This document shows, piece by piece, positions 1-10,299 of a stretch of DNA of 64,000 nucleotides. This stretch comes from Bdellovibrio sp. GTDB lineage: Bacteria > Bdellovibrionota > Bdellovibrionia > Bdellovibrionales > Bdellovibrionaceae. The DNA lies in NCBI GenBank assembly GCA_036676395.1, contig JAKFCY010000002.1, positions 1,152,001 through 1,216,000 on the forward strand, given 5' to 3'. Both the position numbers and the translations under genes were made by a program. Below the pieces are notes generated by a model, which saw only the letters and a list, made by a program, of their open reading frames with translations, was not told the origin of the DNA and ran no database searches. Each line of letters begins with the position of its first letter. Positions within the stretch are counted from its first letter, which is position 1.

Positions 1-489
1 TAACCAAAAAGAATTAAAAAATGTTTTCTTAGGATTCGCCGCAATTGTTGCAAGTTTTAGGTGTTTGCTTTCAGCTAAGCGAATTAAATTAGGCCAGTAA
101 TCAGTGCGCGAAAATATCAAAATATCAGGTTTAATAAAATTTAATAATTTTTCGTTATCAGTTGTAATATCCCAATTAAGTGGAAAAAACGCAGTCACTT
201 CAGAGGTAATGCTTTTAAATAACAATGGTGCTGATAACGATGAATATGAAACAAAGATCTGACAATCAGGATTTATTTTTTTGTATTCGCGAATTAAGCT
301 TTTTGCGTATTCAATTTCACCACTTGAGGCGTGAATCCAAATTTTTTGACCTGATGAATTAGCCTGAATTTTAAAAATATCTTTGTTATTGCGTAAATTA
401 ATCCAAGATTGAGTCTTTTTGTCTAAAATAGGTTTAAGTAACAAAGCTAATCGTCGTAAAAAACTATAAATCAGATTATAAATAATCAT
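1..489 (-). CDS. waaA: 3-deoxy-D-manno-octulosonic acid (Kdo) transferase, N-terminal part (runs off the window edge)
   Basis: Not in the ORF track. Manual translation from ATG at 489 (ATGA overlap with the GT9 stop) gives MIIYNLIYSFLRRLALLLKP...KIWIHASSGEIEYAKSLI...FFPLNWD, matching the WaaA W-x-H-A-x-S-x-G-E and P-x-D motifs. Confidence 0.85.
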   Translation of the reverse strand, partial: MIIYNLIYSFLRRLALLLKPILDKKTQSWINLRNNKDIFKIQANSSGQKIWIHASSGEIEYAKSLIREYKKINPDCQIFVSYSSLSAPLLFKSITSEVTAFFPLNWDITTDNEKLLNFIKPDILIFSRTDYWPNLIRLAESKHLKLATIAANPKKTFFNSFWL

Positions 490-1472
490 AACCAGAGTCT
501 TTCAAGATGCTCTTGCACCATCTCGGGAGTAAGAGCGGTCATACATTCATGAAAATTAGGATTCACGCAGGGCCCCTGGCCATGTTTGCTGCACGGACGG
601 CAGTAAAGATTTTTTTCCATGATTACAGTACTCGGGCGAGATGGAAACCCAAAAGGAGCTGGCCCCATAAGGGCTATGGTTTTTTTGCCTAATTGTTCAG
701 AAAAATGCAGCATACCCGTGTCGTTACTTACGATAACTTTGGCGTAGTTAATCACAGCCGCTGATTCTAGCAAGCTAGTTTTGCCCGTAAGATTAATGAC
801 GTTTTTGTAAACTTCAAGTTCGGCAGTAAAAATATCAGTCGGGCCAGCAAGGACGACAATTTTTTTATCGCTATTGCGCTCAATCAGTTTTTTCCAGTGA
901 CCGATTGGCCAGCGTTTTAAGGCATAGGCCGCAGACGGTACAATCACCAGATACTGATTTAATTCATAAGATTTTAATAACTCGTGAATTTTTTGATCAG
1001 TTGATTTGTCAAAAAATATCAACGGTGGTTGCGGCAAGCGAAAAGCAATGCCCATTTTTTCAAGCGGTTTTAATAAATCACGCTGCCCTGAAAATGGCTT
1101 TTCAAAAAGATTAATTTTAAATTTAATCAGTAAAAAACGTTTCAGGCGCGACATCGGTTTTACAATTTTACTTTTTGCAGAAACTAAATTGCGGATAAAA
1201 AATGAACGTAAATTATTGTGAGCATCATAGATCACATCAAATTTTTCTTGGCGCAGTTCTTGAGATATTTGAAAGATCTCAGTGAAGCCTTTTTTGCGGT
1301 CAATAGCCCATACTTTTTTAACTTGAGGATTGTTGTTCAATAGCAGCGTAAAATCTGAGCGGGTTAAGAAATGAATCTCAGCTTCTGGATGATTTTCTTT
1401 GATAAGCGCAGGAATGCTTAAACTTTGAGTTAAGTCTCCTATGCTTGAAAAGCGAATCACTAAAATCTTCAT
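486..1472 (-). CDS. Glycosyltransferase family 9 (LPS heptosyltransferase-like)
   Basis: MKILVIRFSSIGDL N-terminus, KRWP, LTGKTSLLE and SNDTGMLH motifs; adjacent to waaA. Confidence 0.9.
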   Translation of the reverse strand: MKILVIRFSSIGDLTQSLSIPALIKENHPEAEIHFLTRSDFTLLLNNNPQVKKVWAIDRKKGFTEIFQISQELRQEKFDVIYDAHNNLRSFFIRNLVSAKSKIVKPMSRLKRFLLIKFKINLFEKPFSGQRDLLKPLEKMGIAFRLPQPPLIFFDKSTDQKIHELLKSYELNQYLVIVPSAAYALKRWPIGHWKKLIERNSDKKIVVLAGPTDIFTAELEVYKNVINLTGKTSLLESAAVINYAKVIVSNDTGMLHFSEQLGKKTIALMGPAPFGFPSRPSTVIMEKNLYCRPCSKHGQGPCVNPNFHECMTALTPEMVQEHLERLWL

Positions 1473-1552
1473 TCCTTTATGTAATTACAAAAAGGGTCAT
1501 CTGTCTATGATTTTGGCCCGAAATAGCTTGAACAAGAGGCCTGTTTTAGGGC

Positions 1553-2875
1553 ATGACTGTCCAGATGATAAACAAACTGTTTTTACTCCTGATTTGCATG
1601 TTCGTGGCCATGCCGGTGAACGCTGAAATTTCAAGCCAATTAGAGGTTTCAAATCTTAATTTTATTAGTTCAGATTACGCGGATGACCAAGAAAAAAGTT
1701 TTTTATTTCTTGGTGCTGAAATCAAATCTCATGATGCTGAAAACGATATTTTTAAAATTAACTTAAACGGTAAATACACCGCAAAGAATTCGGTTTTAAG
1801 TTATTTTAATTTAAAAGAGCTCTATTTCACAAACCAGATTAATCCATCGTCTAAACTTCATATCGGACGTAAATTACAATCTTGGTCGCAAGCTGATGAA
1901 AAATGGAATCTCGGATCGTATCAGCCTCAATTTCGCTGGAACCCGTTAGATATCGAAAGCCAAGGTCTTTTCGGTGTTTTTTATGAAAAAAACTTCGGCG
2001 CATGGACATTAAATTTATTCGGAACGCCAATTTATATTCCTGACCAAGGGCCAAATTACGAAGTTAAAGACGGGCAATTTGAAGCATCGAATCCTTACTT
2101 TACGCCTCCTCCGCAGAATATCATTTTTCAGAACATCGTGCTTCCGATTGATTATAATATTATTAAGCCCGAGGTTTCTGAAGTGGTTGAACAGCCAAGT
2201 TTTGGGTTTAAGCTGGATTATCAGAACGAAGTTTTTGAAGCCACTTTTGCTGGAGCTTATAAACCCGCAAATCAATTTGCTTTTGGTTATAAAGGTATTC
2301 TAGTCACCAATCGTGTGCGCGTTGATGTTCAACCCAAGACTTATTATGAAAAACTGACGAGCTTAGATTTGGCGACGAAATGGAAAAGTGGTAAAGCTGG
2401 CCTTGCGGTTATGTACGCAGAACCGGAAACTCCAGATTTTGATGCTAATTACAATTCTCCGCTGTTTCAAGCCAACACAACAGTGGTGCCATATATTCGC
2501 TTTGAATTCGAACCTATTGATGTAGAAATTGCAGCCCTAAATATCGAAGGCGGCGAGATCAAAGAAATTGGTCCGGATGCAAACCCGGACCGTCAGCCGT
2601 TAACGCAAAAATACCTCTATGCTCGAGCGTATCAGTTCTCGCTGACTTCGCGCTCACAATGGGGTGATAATTTGAAAATTCTATCTAGTTTGCAATGGCG
2701 AGAGGCCGAGAAAAATTTACTTCAAACCTTAAAATTGAAGAACATCTTTGATATAACTGGGCCTTGGAAAATGACTCTTGATCTATTCTTGGTTGAAACC
2801 AGCGAAGAAGCTTCTACGGTTTCAAATTATAGAAATTTAGATCAAGTGTGGTTGGGGGCTTCTTATGATTTCTAA
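1553..2875 (+). CDS. Hypothetical exported protein, probable outer-membrane beta-barrel
   Basis: Signal peptide (start possibly MINK at 1565), alternating beta-strand pattern, C-terminal WLGASYDF ending in Phe. Confidence 0.55.
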   Translation: MTVQMINKLFLLLICMFVAMPVNAEISSQLEVSNLNFISSDYADDQEKSFLFLGAEIKSHDAENDIFKINLNGKYTAKNSVLSYFNLKELYFTNQINPSSKLHIGRKLQSWSQADEKWNLGSYQPQFRWNPLDIESQGLFGVFYEKNFGAWTLNLFGTPIYIPDQGPNYEVKDGQFEASNPYFTPPPQNIIFQNIVLPIDYNIIKPEVSEVVEQPSFGFKLDYQNEVFEATFAGAYKPANQFAFGYKGILVTNRVRVDVQPKTYYEKLTSLDLATKWKSGKAGLAVMYAEPETPDFDANYNSPLFQANTTVVPYIRFEFEPIDVEIAALNIEGGEIKEIGPDANPDRQPLTQKYLYARAYQFSLTSRSQWGDNLKILSSLQWREAEKNLLQTLKLKNIFDITGPWKMTLDLFLVETSEEASTVSNYRNLDQVWLGASYDF

Positions 2876-5228
2876 TTCGGCTAAATTATTATTTTCAGCA
2901 GTCTTGTTTTTAGGGCTTGTTGGTTGCGACAAATTTTTAAAGGGTAAACCACAGCCTCCTAAGATTGTTGAAATTCAAGCTGGTGATCTTGATTGTGTTA
3001 AAAATGTTCAGGCTGATTTTAAAAAATTAGTTGAATCACAAGCAAGCGAACAGGATATCGACAATTCATTTTCATGTTTATACCGTACGTTAGATCAATT
3101 TAAGAACCGCGCTGAAGGAAGCCGTGATCCGAACGCATTTACGAATAGCGATCTATTTACCATCTTTGATACATTTTTTAAAGATGCCAAAGTTTCACAA
3201 CAAGCGACTGATAATTTGTTAATTCTGAAAAAGGCCTTATTGGGCGGCGTAGAAAATGAAATCTCTAAAACTGAATTAGATCTTTTAAAAGATTATCTTA
3301 AAGTTTTGCAAGTTGAAGTTAAAAACCTGTCTCCGTATATTAAAATCTTCACGTTCAAAAAAGAAGATGGCCCGTATGAACAAAAAACTTTAAATTTAGC
3401 TTTTTCGCAATTGCGCAGTTCTTTAAAAACACTTTTAACGGCTTCTAAAATTCCGCGTGCTGAATACAATTTCGAAGATGTAAAACAATTAACGACAAGC
3501 TTAAATATCGTTGAAGACCAAGAAGATCAAAAATTATTAGACCTGGTCGAAAACGTGGTTAATTTACTTGCTGGCGTTGAGCCGCTTAAAAGCCAGACTG
3601 AATATATTCAATCGATTGACAATTTCGTCGACTTAGCAGCTCTTTATGCCAATGTTCTTTACACAGATATTAAATTTGAAATCACAGAGAAAAACCAATT
3701 AAATAAAATATTAGATTTTGCCGGACGATTGATTGATGTGCTTGAGGCTTCTGTTCAATATCAAAAGTCTAAGCAAATTCCAGTTAAGTTCTTAGACCCC
3801 ATCGTTGCTGAAGTGTTAAAAGCAAAAGTGATTCCTGTTGAAGTGACTGAGTCTACATTTTTGCGTTTTTACAAAATGGCTTTAATTCGTATTTTCAATG
3901 ATCAAAAAAATATTGATGTTTTAAGTTTTGAATCACTTCGCCCGGTCAATATTAGAAATATTAAACGTGAATATCATATTTTTAGAATTTACCAAGAGAT
4001 GATTAACGGCATTGATTTTACCTCTAAAACTTATCTTGCGCCGCCGGTATTAGCTGCAAAAATTAAAGCTTATAATTTCGTGCCAGCTTTAACTAAAACG
4101 ATTCAGACAAAACATCTTGACCAGGCGTTAATAAAAGATATTTCGTTAGGGCTAGAAGAACTGCGTGCCGAAGCAGTTACTCGTTTGCCGATTTTGTACC
4201 GCGATAAAAAATATGTCGTGGCGACGTCGCAAAATACCGCTGAAGTAGATTGGGAAGACGTCAGTCGGGCTCATTACGTCAAAATGCTGGCGCGTGAACT
4301 AATGCTTGGCTGGGCGCAGTTAGACCCAAGCTTAAACCTTTATAAAAGCCACATGGTTAAAAAGAACTTTACGGATTGGTATGCAGACTTTAAAGAATTT
4401 GCCATCGAGACGAAGCTGTTTGATCCGCGCGCAACTGACAATGGGGCTGATAACTTCATGCAAGCTGATCTGTTTACCTATGCTGGTAACGGCGATAATC
4501 AATTAAGCTACCCCGAAGTGTTGCAGTTTGTGAACATGCTGTTATCGGGCGGTTCTGAGTTAACGACGCAGATTCAAGACGTGATGACTAAAGCGGGCTG
4601 CAGCTTACAGCAATTAGATATTTTTGGTAAACCTTGGTTTGATGAAAAATGCTTTTTAAAAAATATTAGATCAAATTCAACAGCTTTATTTTCACATATT
4701 TATTTATTCGGTAATTACGTGAAGTCTTTAAACGAACAAGAATACCTAGGTTTTTACACAGAACTAATGAGTGTAGCCCGTTTAAAAGCAGACACCGTTG
4801 GTCGTATTGAAACTGCAGATATTCGTGCATTTTCATTGTTATCGATGTTTATTGACTCATTATTTACAATCTATGATGTGCGTGCGCCATTTGGACAAGT
4901 AGATCCAGGCGAAATTCGCACTTCTTATCCGCGCTTCAAAGCCTTTGTTGCTGATTATATTAAAAAGCCTGATGTTGCTGAGAAGCTAAAAGATTGGGAT
5001 GCTTGGTATAATGTTTGTAAACTTTCGCACACCAAAGAAGAGTTCATTCAAGAAGCTTTTATTTTCTTGGTCTATAACGGTCGCATTCCCGAGCGCGCAG
5101 ATGTAAGTCTAACGTGCAATTTCGGCGACATTTTTAACTTTGAAGGTAACGTTGACCGCCGTGGGATTATTAGTACTTTTCAAATCTTAAAAGATGAAAT
5201 AGCCTTAGGAAATGCCGGCAAAAATTAA
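2865..5228 (+). CDS. Large hypothetical lipoprotein
   Basis: 787-aa ORF with lipobox LVGC; overlaps the upstream gene by 11 nt. Confidence 0.65.
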   Translation: MISNSAKLLFSAVLFLGLVGCDKFLKGKPQPPKIVEIQAGDLDCVKNVQADFKKLVESQASEQDIDNSFSCLYRTLDQFKNRAEGSRDPNAFTNSDLFTIFDTFFKDAKVSQQATDNLLILKKALLGGVENEISKTELDLLKDYLKVLQVEVKNLSPYIKIFTFKKEDGPYEQKTLNLAFSQLRSSLKTLLTASKIPRAEYNFEDVKQLTTSLNIVEDQEDQKLLDLVENVVNLLAGVEPLKSQTEYIQSIDNFVDLAALYANVLYTDIKFEITEKNQLNKILDFAGRLIDVLEASVQYQKSKQIPVKFLDPIVAEVLKAKVIPVEVTESTFLRFYKMALIRIFNDQKNIDVLSFESLRPVNIRNIKREYHIFRIYQEMINGIDFTSKTYLAPPVLAAKIKAYNFVPALTKTIQTKHLDQALIKDISLGLEELRAEAVTRLPILYRDKKYVVATSQNTAEVDWEDVSRAHYVKMLARELMLGWAQLDPSLNLYKSHMVKKNFTDWYADFKEFAIETKLFDPRATDNGADNFMQADLFTYAGNGDNQLSYPEVLQFVNMLLSGGSELTTQIQDVMTKAGCSLQQLDIFGKPWFDEKCFLKNIRSNSTALFSHIYLFGNYVKSLNEQEYLGFYTELMSVARLKADTVGRIETADIRAFSLLSMFIDSLFTIYDVRAPFGQVDPGEIRTSYPRFKAFVADYIKKPDVAEKLKDWDAWYNVCKLSHTKEEFIQEAFIFLVYNGRIPERADVSLTCNFGDIFNFEGNVDRRGIISTFQILKDEIALGNAGKN

Positions 5229-6372
5229 ACAGTCTCATTGGGCTCTCGTATTCGCTTTTGCAAGCTTGTTTACGCTGGGTCTTGCCGACAATATTCGGGG
5301 AACCTTATTTCCCGAAATATTAAATCAATTTAAAGTTTCAAATACGCTCGGTTCGTGGTTGTTTGCGGCCTCTTCTGGTGCAGCATTTGTGGCTGGTATC
5401 ACTTCAACGGCTTACTTGCGCCGATATAAAATATCATCATTGTTATTTACTGGGGTATTGCTCTTAGCTGTTGGCTTAGCCGTAATGGGCTTTGCAGTGA
5501 GCTTTAGCTGGTTAATCGCCGGCAGTCTATTTTTAGGGCTTGGTATCGGCTATATGGGAGTCGCTCAGAACTTATTAGTGGCTGAAGGTGTTGACCGTAA
5601 AGTGCGTTCGCGCGCTTTATCAGGTTTACATGGCATGTACGGTTTAGCCAGTTTTATCGCTCCAATGCTTGCCGCAGCTACAACGCAAACCTTTGGTAAA
5701 TGGAGTGGCGCTTTTTACGTTGTGGCCATCGTAAGTGTATTGTTTTTAGTGGCGCAGTTATTAATCGTACCGAATCCTACGTTTGTTGTGCATGCGCCGA
5801 TCGCCAGCACTGATGACATCGGTAAAAAAAGAATTTCTAAAAAAGCCTTAACGATGGTGAGTTTCTTTTTTGGCTTTTATGTCGTGGCTGAAATTTTAAT
5901 TTCTTCGCGCTTAGCCCTTTACATGCGCACTTATTATCAGATGGATCTTACGCAATCAGCCTGGTATGTGACTTTGTTTTTTTTATTTCTATTGATCGGT
6001 CGTGTCTCGTTTGCCTTTTTTCATTTGCCATTTGCATTAAAGTCGCAATTAAACGGGTTTTTAATTGGAACTCTAATTCTTCTTATCATGGGGCTGAAAT
6101 TGCACCCGATTTTTCTGGTGATGTCAGGTTTAACGATGGCTCCCTATTATCCATTATGCGTTTCATACATTTCAGAAATTTCAGGAGAGTTAAGTCGCAC
6201 GTTTTTATCAATCGCTATGAGTTTTCAAAGTTTAGCCGTTGTGGTCATGCATTTAGGTGTAGGCTACATGACGGATCAATATGGTTTGGCCTTTGCGCTA
6301 GGAGTAGGGTTATTATCCCTAATAATTTCAATAATATGTTTAAGCTTTCACCCACAAAAATTAACAGTTTAA
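5212..6372 (+). CDS. MFS transporter
   Basis: About 12 hydrophobic segments; GYMTDQYG loop motif. Confidence 0.85.
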   Translation: MPAKIKQSHWALVFAFASLFTLGLADNIRGTLFPEILNQFKVSNTLGSWLFAASSGAAFVAGITSTAYLRRYKISSLLFTGVLLLAVGLAVMGFAVSFSWLIAGSLFLGLGIGYMGVAQNLLVAEGVDRKVRSRALSGLHGMYGLASFIAPMLAAATTQTFGKWSGAFYVVAIVSVLFLVAQLLIVPNPTFVVHAPIASTDDIGKKRISKKALTMVSFFFGFYVVAEILISSRLALYMRTYYQMDLTQSAWYVTLFFLFLLIGRVSFAFFHLPFALKSQLNGFLIGTLILLIMGLKLHPIFLVMSGLTMAPYYPLCVSYISEISGELSRTFLSIAMSFQSLAVVVMHLGVGYMTDQYGLAFALGVGLLSLIISIICLSFHPQKLTV

Positions 6373-7373
6373 TTTTATTCTTTTTATTTTTCGCTAATTT
6401 CTTGATCGCTGATCAAGTGCTTGCCCAGTTTTTATATTCGCGCGGTGCTGTCGTTAGCGGCTACATCGACGAACAGTATTTATCAGCAACAAGTGAAACC
6501 AACATGTGGGAAGTCGGCGAAATTTTGCCGATTATTTCACAGAATTCAAAAATCGGTGTATTTGCCTTTGTTGAAGTGCAAAATGTTAAAACTATTAAAT
6601 ATGGCCATTACGAATTGCGCTTAAAACTTTTACGCCAATCGCGAAAATATTTAATTCAAAAAGGCGATATTATCAAAAAACTAGATATGTCGACTTACAA
6701 CGAAGAATTCATCGGAACCACAGACCTGATCGTTAAAAAAAGTGAATTAAATATTTCTTCTAAATATCGTCCGCTTTTTTACCAAGGTCTCTCGATCGGT
6801 GAAACAGCACAGGCGCTTTATAAAAATGAATTTCTGATCAATTACATAGGTAATATGTATTTCGGAGCCACAGACTGGTTAACAGTAGGAACTTTTGCTC
6901 CGGGTAATTTAATCGACCGACCGAACGCCAACTTTAAGGGTCGTTTCTGGAATTCAGATTCGACGACTTTGGCCGCAGGTTTAAGTTACGTGGATTTACA
7001 AAAAGAAGAAGAAGCTACCCTGAATCTGAACTTCTGGTGGGATTCAACTTCATCAGATACGCTGATATCACATACTTTCTTAAGTTTAGGTTTAGTTAAA
7101 TGGGAAGGCGCCAAAGATGCCGCTGCTATTAAGGCCTTAGGTTCAAGTTCATTCCAGACCGGTTACGAAGTGATTCGTTCTGACTGGGATCGCGTATTGA
7201 TTGGTCCCAATTACAACTTTGAAAGAAAAGCCCTCGGGGGATTCTTATCTTATGTTTGGATTTATGACCGCTTTCATGCGCAAGTTTCAGTGAATGCGAC
7301 AGATATCACAAAATTTAAATTAGATCCGCGCGATGGTTATTACGGCTTTTTTGATTTTTACTGGAGATTTTAA
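6336..7373 (+). CDS. Hypothetical exported protein, possible C-terminal beta-barrel
   Basis: Start moved to ATG 6336 (MFKLSP...) ahead of a signal-like segment; ends FFDFYWRF. Confidence 0.5.
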   Translation: MFKLSPTKINSLILFFLFFANFLIADQVLAQFLYSRGAVVSGYIDEQYLSATSETNMWEVGEILPIISQNSKIGVFAFVEVQNVKTIKYGHYELRLKLLRQSRKYLIQKGDIIKKLDMSTYNEEFIGTTDLIVKKSELNISSKYRPLFYQGLSIGETAQALYKNEFLINYIGNMYFGATDWLTVGTFAPGNLIDRPNANFKGRFWNSDSTTLAAGLSYVDLQKEEEATLNLNFWWDSTSSDTLISHTFLSLGLVKWEGAKDAAAIKALGSSSFQTGYEVIRSDWDRVLIGPNYNFERKALGGFLSYVWIYDRFHAQVSVNATDITKFKLDPRDGYYGFFDFYWRF

Positions 7374-8536
7374 TGCCACGCTTTTTTATTTCGTGTCAGC
7401 CACAATTAGAGCAAGACCTGTTAAATGAAATCGAAAGCTTTTGGCATTTGCTTATTGATTTAGATGGTCTGCCAACACGCTCACGCCCAGAAGTTGTATA
7501 TGAAGATGTGGGTGGGATCGAAATCGAATGCGAAAGCCATTTAGGGTTTCAGATTAATCTATTTTCAAAATTAGCAAATCGCGTGTTATGGCGTGTTCAT
7601 CATTTTGAAGCCCGCTATTTTGATCAGTTTGAAAAAGAACTTAAAAAATTTGATCTTAAGAAATTTATCGGCGAGCAAAAATTTAATTTTCATATAGAGT
7701 CTTCAAAATCGAGACTGTTTCACGAAAGTAATTTAGAAGAATCGGCTCATAAGATTTTAAAAAATGCCGTACAAAAAACGGACGACAGCTTATTGTCGTT
7801 ATATGTGCGTATCTTCAAAGATAATGTGATCTTAAGTTTAGACACTTCAGGAAAACATTTACACAAACGCGGTTATCGCAAAGAACAGGGTGAAGCGCCC
7901 ATTCGTGAAACCTTAGCGGCAAAAATGTATAATTTTTTATTAAAAAATGCAGCTAATGGCGAAATTAAATATTCGCCCCAAGATACAAACACGACAATTC
8001 TTGATCCTTTCTGCGGGGCGGGGACTTTGTTATTTGAAGCGGCTAGTTTTTTTCAGCCGAACTTAGTCACTAAATTTGATTTCGAACGTTTTACGCAGCT
8101 GCCTGGGTTATTAAAGTCTGATTCTTGGAAAAAGAATTTTAAGATCGCAAATCCTGCAAAAAATTCTTTTTTTGGTATTGAATTAGATACTAAAACTTTT
8201 GAAAAATTACAGAACAATCAAAAACTTTTTAAAGAGTATTTTTCGCAAGTCGATAATGAATTTACGTTCGTGCAAGGGGATTCAAAAACCTGCGATCTAT
8301 CAAGCTTAGCTAATAAAGATGTCTATGTTATTGCTAATCCGCCTTATGGTGAACGCTTAAAGAACAACGATGCAGAAGCTGTATTAACATCGCTTGAACG
8401 CATTCCGAACCTAAAAGGCCTTGTGGTCGTTCATCCAGCGCAGTGGAAATTGAATTTTTCACAGTTAAAAAACAAACAAAGCGAGAATTTTAACAACCAA
8501 GGGTTGGATCTAAAACTCACTTTATTTGCATTATAA
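7373..8536 (+). CDS. THUMP-domain class I SAM-dependent RNA methyltransferase (RlmL/YpsC-like)
   Basis: LDTSG-HLHKRGYR, APIRETLAA, LDPFCGAGT and NPPYGERL motifs. Confidence 0.88.
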   Translation: MPRFFISCQPQLEQDLLNEIESFWHLLIDLDGLPTRSRPEVVYEDVGGIEIECESHLGFQINLFSKLANRVLWRVHHFEARYFDQFEKELKKFDLKKFIGEQKFNFHIESSKSRLFHESNLEESAHKILKNAVQKTDDSLLSLYVRIFKDNVILSLDTSGKHLHKRGYRKEQGEAPIRETLAAKMYNFLLKNAANGEIKYSPQDTNTTILDPFCGAGTLLFEAASFFQPNLVTKFDFERFTQLPGLLKSDSWKKNFKIANPAKNSFFGIELDTKTFEKLQNNQKLFKEYFSQVDNEFTFVQGDSKTCDLSSLANKDVYVIANPPYGERLKNNDAEAVLTSLERIPNLKGLVVVHPAQWKLNFSQLKNKQSENFNNQGLDLKLTLFAL

Positions 8537-8681
8537 TCCAAAAATGCCCCTAAATTACATACCAAAAGTGTAAACCTGCCATTCGGAGTAAAAGCTCTAG
8601 ACTTTACACTGATTTTTGTGTTTTCTACGCCACGTAAAAAAAATAATAAAAAGTCGTGTCATTACACGCAAAGGAAAACAC

Positions 8682-9317
8682 ATGAAAGCTATCGTAGCAT
8701 CATTAGTATTATTAGTTGGTCTTAACTCACAAGCAGGTCTTTTAACTTTAACTGCAGGTAACAAACAAATCGAAGGCGTGACGCTAAATCAAGGCGCTCA
8801 AGTCACTGGCTCTGATGTTAAAATGACATTAGTTGGTGCTGGTTTACGCGCTAAAACAGTATTATTTGTTCCAGCAAAAGTTTACGTTGCAGAATTATTC
8901 ACAGTTGATGCAACTAAATATTCTCGCGATAACAACGCTTTAAAATCTTTAGAAAATGCTTCTGTAACTGCAGTTCGTTTAACTTTCTTACGTGGTGTTG
9001 ATGCGGCAACTGTAGCTTCTTCTTACCGTGAAGCTTTAGTAGCTAACTCTGTTAATTTAAAAGACGCAGCTATTTCTCAGTTTTTAACTAACGTTGAAAA
9101 AGGTGGCGATGCTTCTTCTGGTAAATCTTTTGTAATGCTTTTAATCCAAACTAAAGAAGGCGGAACAAACTTATATTACGAAGATACAAAAGACCAAGTT
9201 TCAGTAGTTCAAGGTCCTCGCGCATTACAACAACAAATTCTTTCTATCTGGTTAGGTCAGTCAGCTGACTCTGGTTTAGAAAAATTAAAAAAATCTTTAT
9301 TAAACCCAGTTTACTAA
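8682..9317 (+). CDS. Chalcone isomerase-like exported protein
   Basis: LVGAGLRAK...KVYVAELF and LSIWLG motifs; AAGGA SD before ATG 8682; signal peptide. Confidence 0.8.
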   Translation: MKAIVASLVLLVGLNSQAGLLTLTAGNKQIEGVTLNQGAQVTGSDVKMTLVGAGLRAKTVLFVPAKVYVAELFTVDATKYSRDNNALKSLENASVTAVRLTFLRGVDAATVASSYREALVANSVNLKDAAISQFLTNVEKGGDASSGKSFVMLLIQTKEGGTNLYYEDTKDQVSVVQGPRALQQQILSIWLGQSADSGLEKLKKSLLNPVY

Positions 9318-9337
9318 TTTTAAAGGCGTATTAAAAA

Positions 9338-10237
9338 ATGAAAAATCTTTTATTAGTATTAGCAATCGTAGTAGCTTCAGTAGGTTGCGGTAAATTACAC
9401 CGTGTTTTAGATGCCGCTGAATCTATTCCAGGTAAAATGGATTCTTTAAACACAGGTATGGGCGAAACAAACGACTCTGTGCGTTTGCAAAAACTTGGCA
9501 TTTTCGAAGCTATGGTTTTGGAAACAGATAACTACGAAATGTTAGCTCCGTTTCCAGCTGATTTAATGACTGGTGGTAAATTCTTAGGTGAAGCTTTAAC
9601 TGATGAAGAAGCATTACACTGGGTATTTAAATCGATCAAAAAAATCAACACTTACGATATCAACAGCAATCCGTTATTAGATGCTGCTGATGCAAAAACA
9701 CAGGCTAAATTTGACCATGATAAATTAGGTCTATATATGGCTGTGACTATCGTATCTGGTTACTTACGTGACAGTGTTATCGAACAAATCATTCAGCGTA
9801 TTTATACGTCTGATCGTTTTTCTCAAACGGGTATCCAAATCTTAGCTTTACGCGCTAAATTTTATAGCGATGTAATGTTGGGTGGATCTTTATACAGTGA
9901 GAAATTCTCAACTTTAGGTCATACAAAAGAAGCGATTGATTACAACGCTAAGATCGAGCGTATTGCTGCATTACCTTATGCACAATCAATCAAAGTTGAT
10001 ATCGTTGGTATGTTGACTGCAGAAATGAATGAAGCCATGACAGTTCAATTCGACGCTTCAATTGTTGCAAAAAACTGGGCTAAAATTAAAACGTTAGCTG
10101 AAGCTGGTTTTGAAGTTAAACCTATGTCTGGCAACAGCGCTGCTGATGCTGCTGAAGCAAAAAGACAAAAAGATACTTTTGGAAATATGATTTCTTTCTT
10201 AAATCAAAAAATCCAACAAACGCAAATTTTGAACTAA
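9338..10237 (+). CDS. Hypothetical lipoprotein
   Basis: Lipobox SVGC after a hydrophobic N-terminus. Confidence 0.65.
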   Translation: MKNLLLVLAIVVASVGCGKLHRVLDAAESIPGKMDSLNTGMGETNDSVRLQKLGIFEAMVLETDNYEMLAPFPADLMTGGKFLGEALTDEEALHWVFKSIKKINTYDINSNPLLDAADAKTQAKFDHDKLGLYMAVTIVSGYLRDSVIEQIIQRIYTSDRFSQTGIQILALRAKFYSDVMLGGSLYSEKFSTLGHTKEAIDYNAKIERIAALPYAQSIKVDIVGMLTAEMNEAMTVQFDASIVAKNWAKIKTLAEAGFEVKPMSGNSAADAAEAKRQKDTFGNMISFLNQKIQQTQILN

Positions 10238-10261
10238 GTTTAAAGCTTAGGTTAAATTTCT

Positions 10262-10299
10262 AAAAGCCATCGTCTTCACTGACGGTGGCTTTTTTTATT
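10262..10299. terminator. Intrinsic terminator, probably bidirectional
   Basis: AAAAGCCATCGTC-TTCACT-GACGGTGGCTTTTTTT between convergent genes. Confidence 0.85.

Noticed and set aside
6156..6335. Long N-terminal extensions in the ORF track (also 14251, 16039, 21609, 28242, 44225, 55746)
   Set aside because: They overlap neighbouring genes or promoters; downstream starts with an SD or signal peptide fit better.
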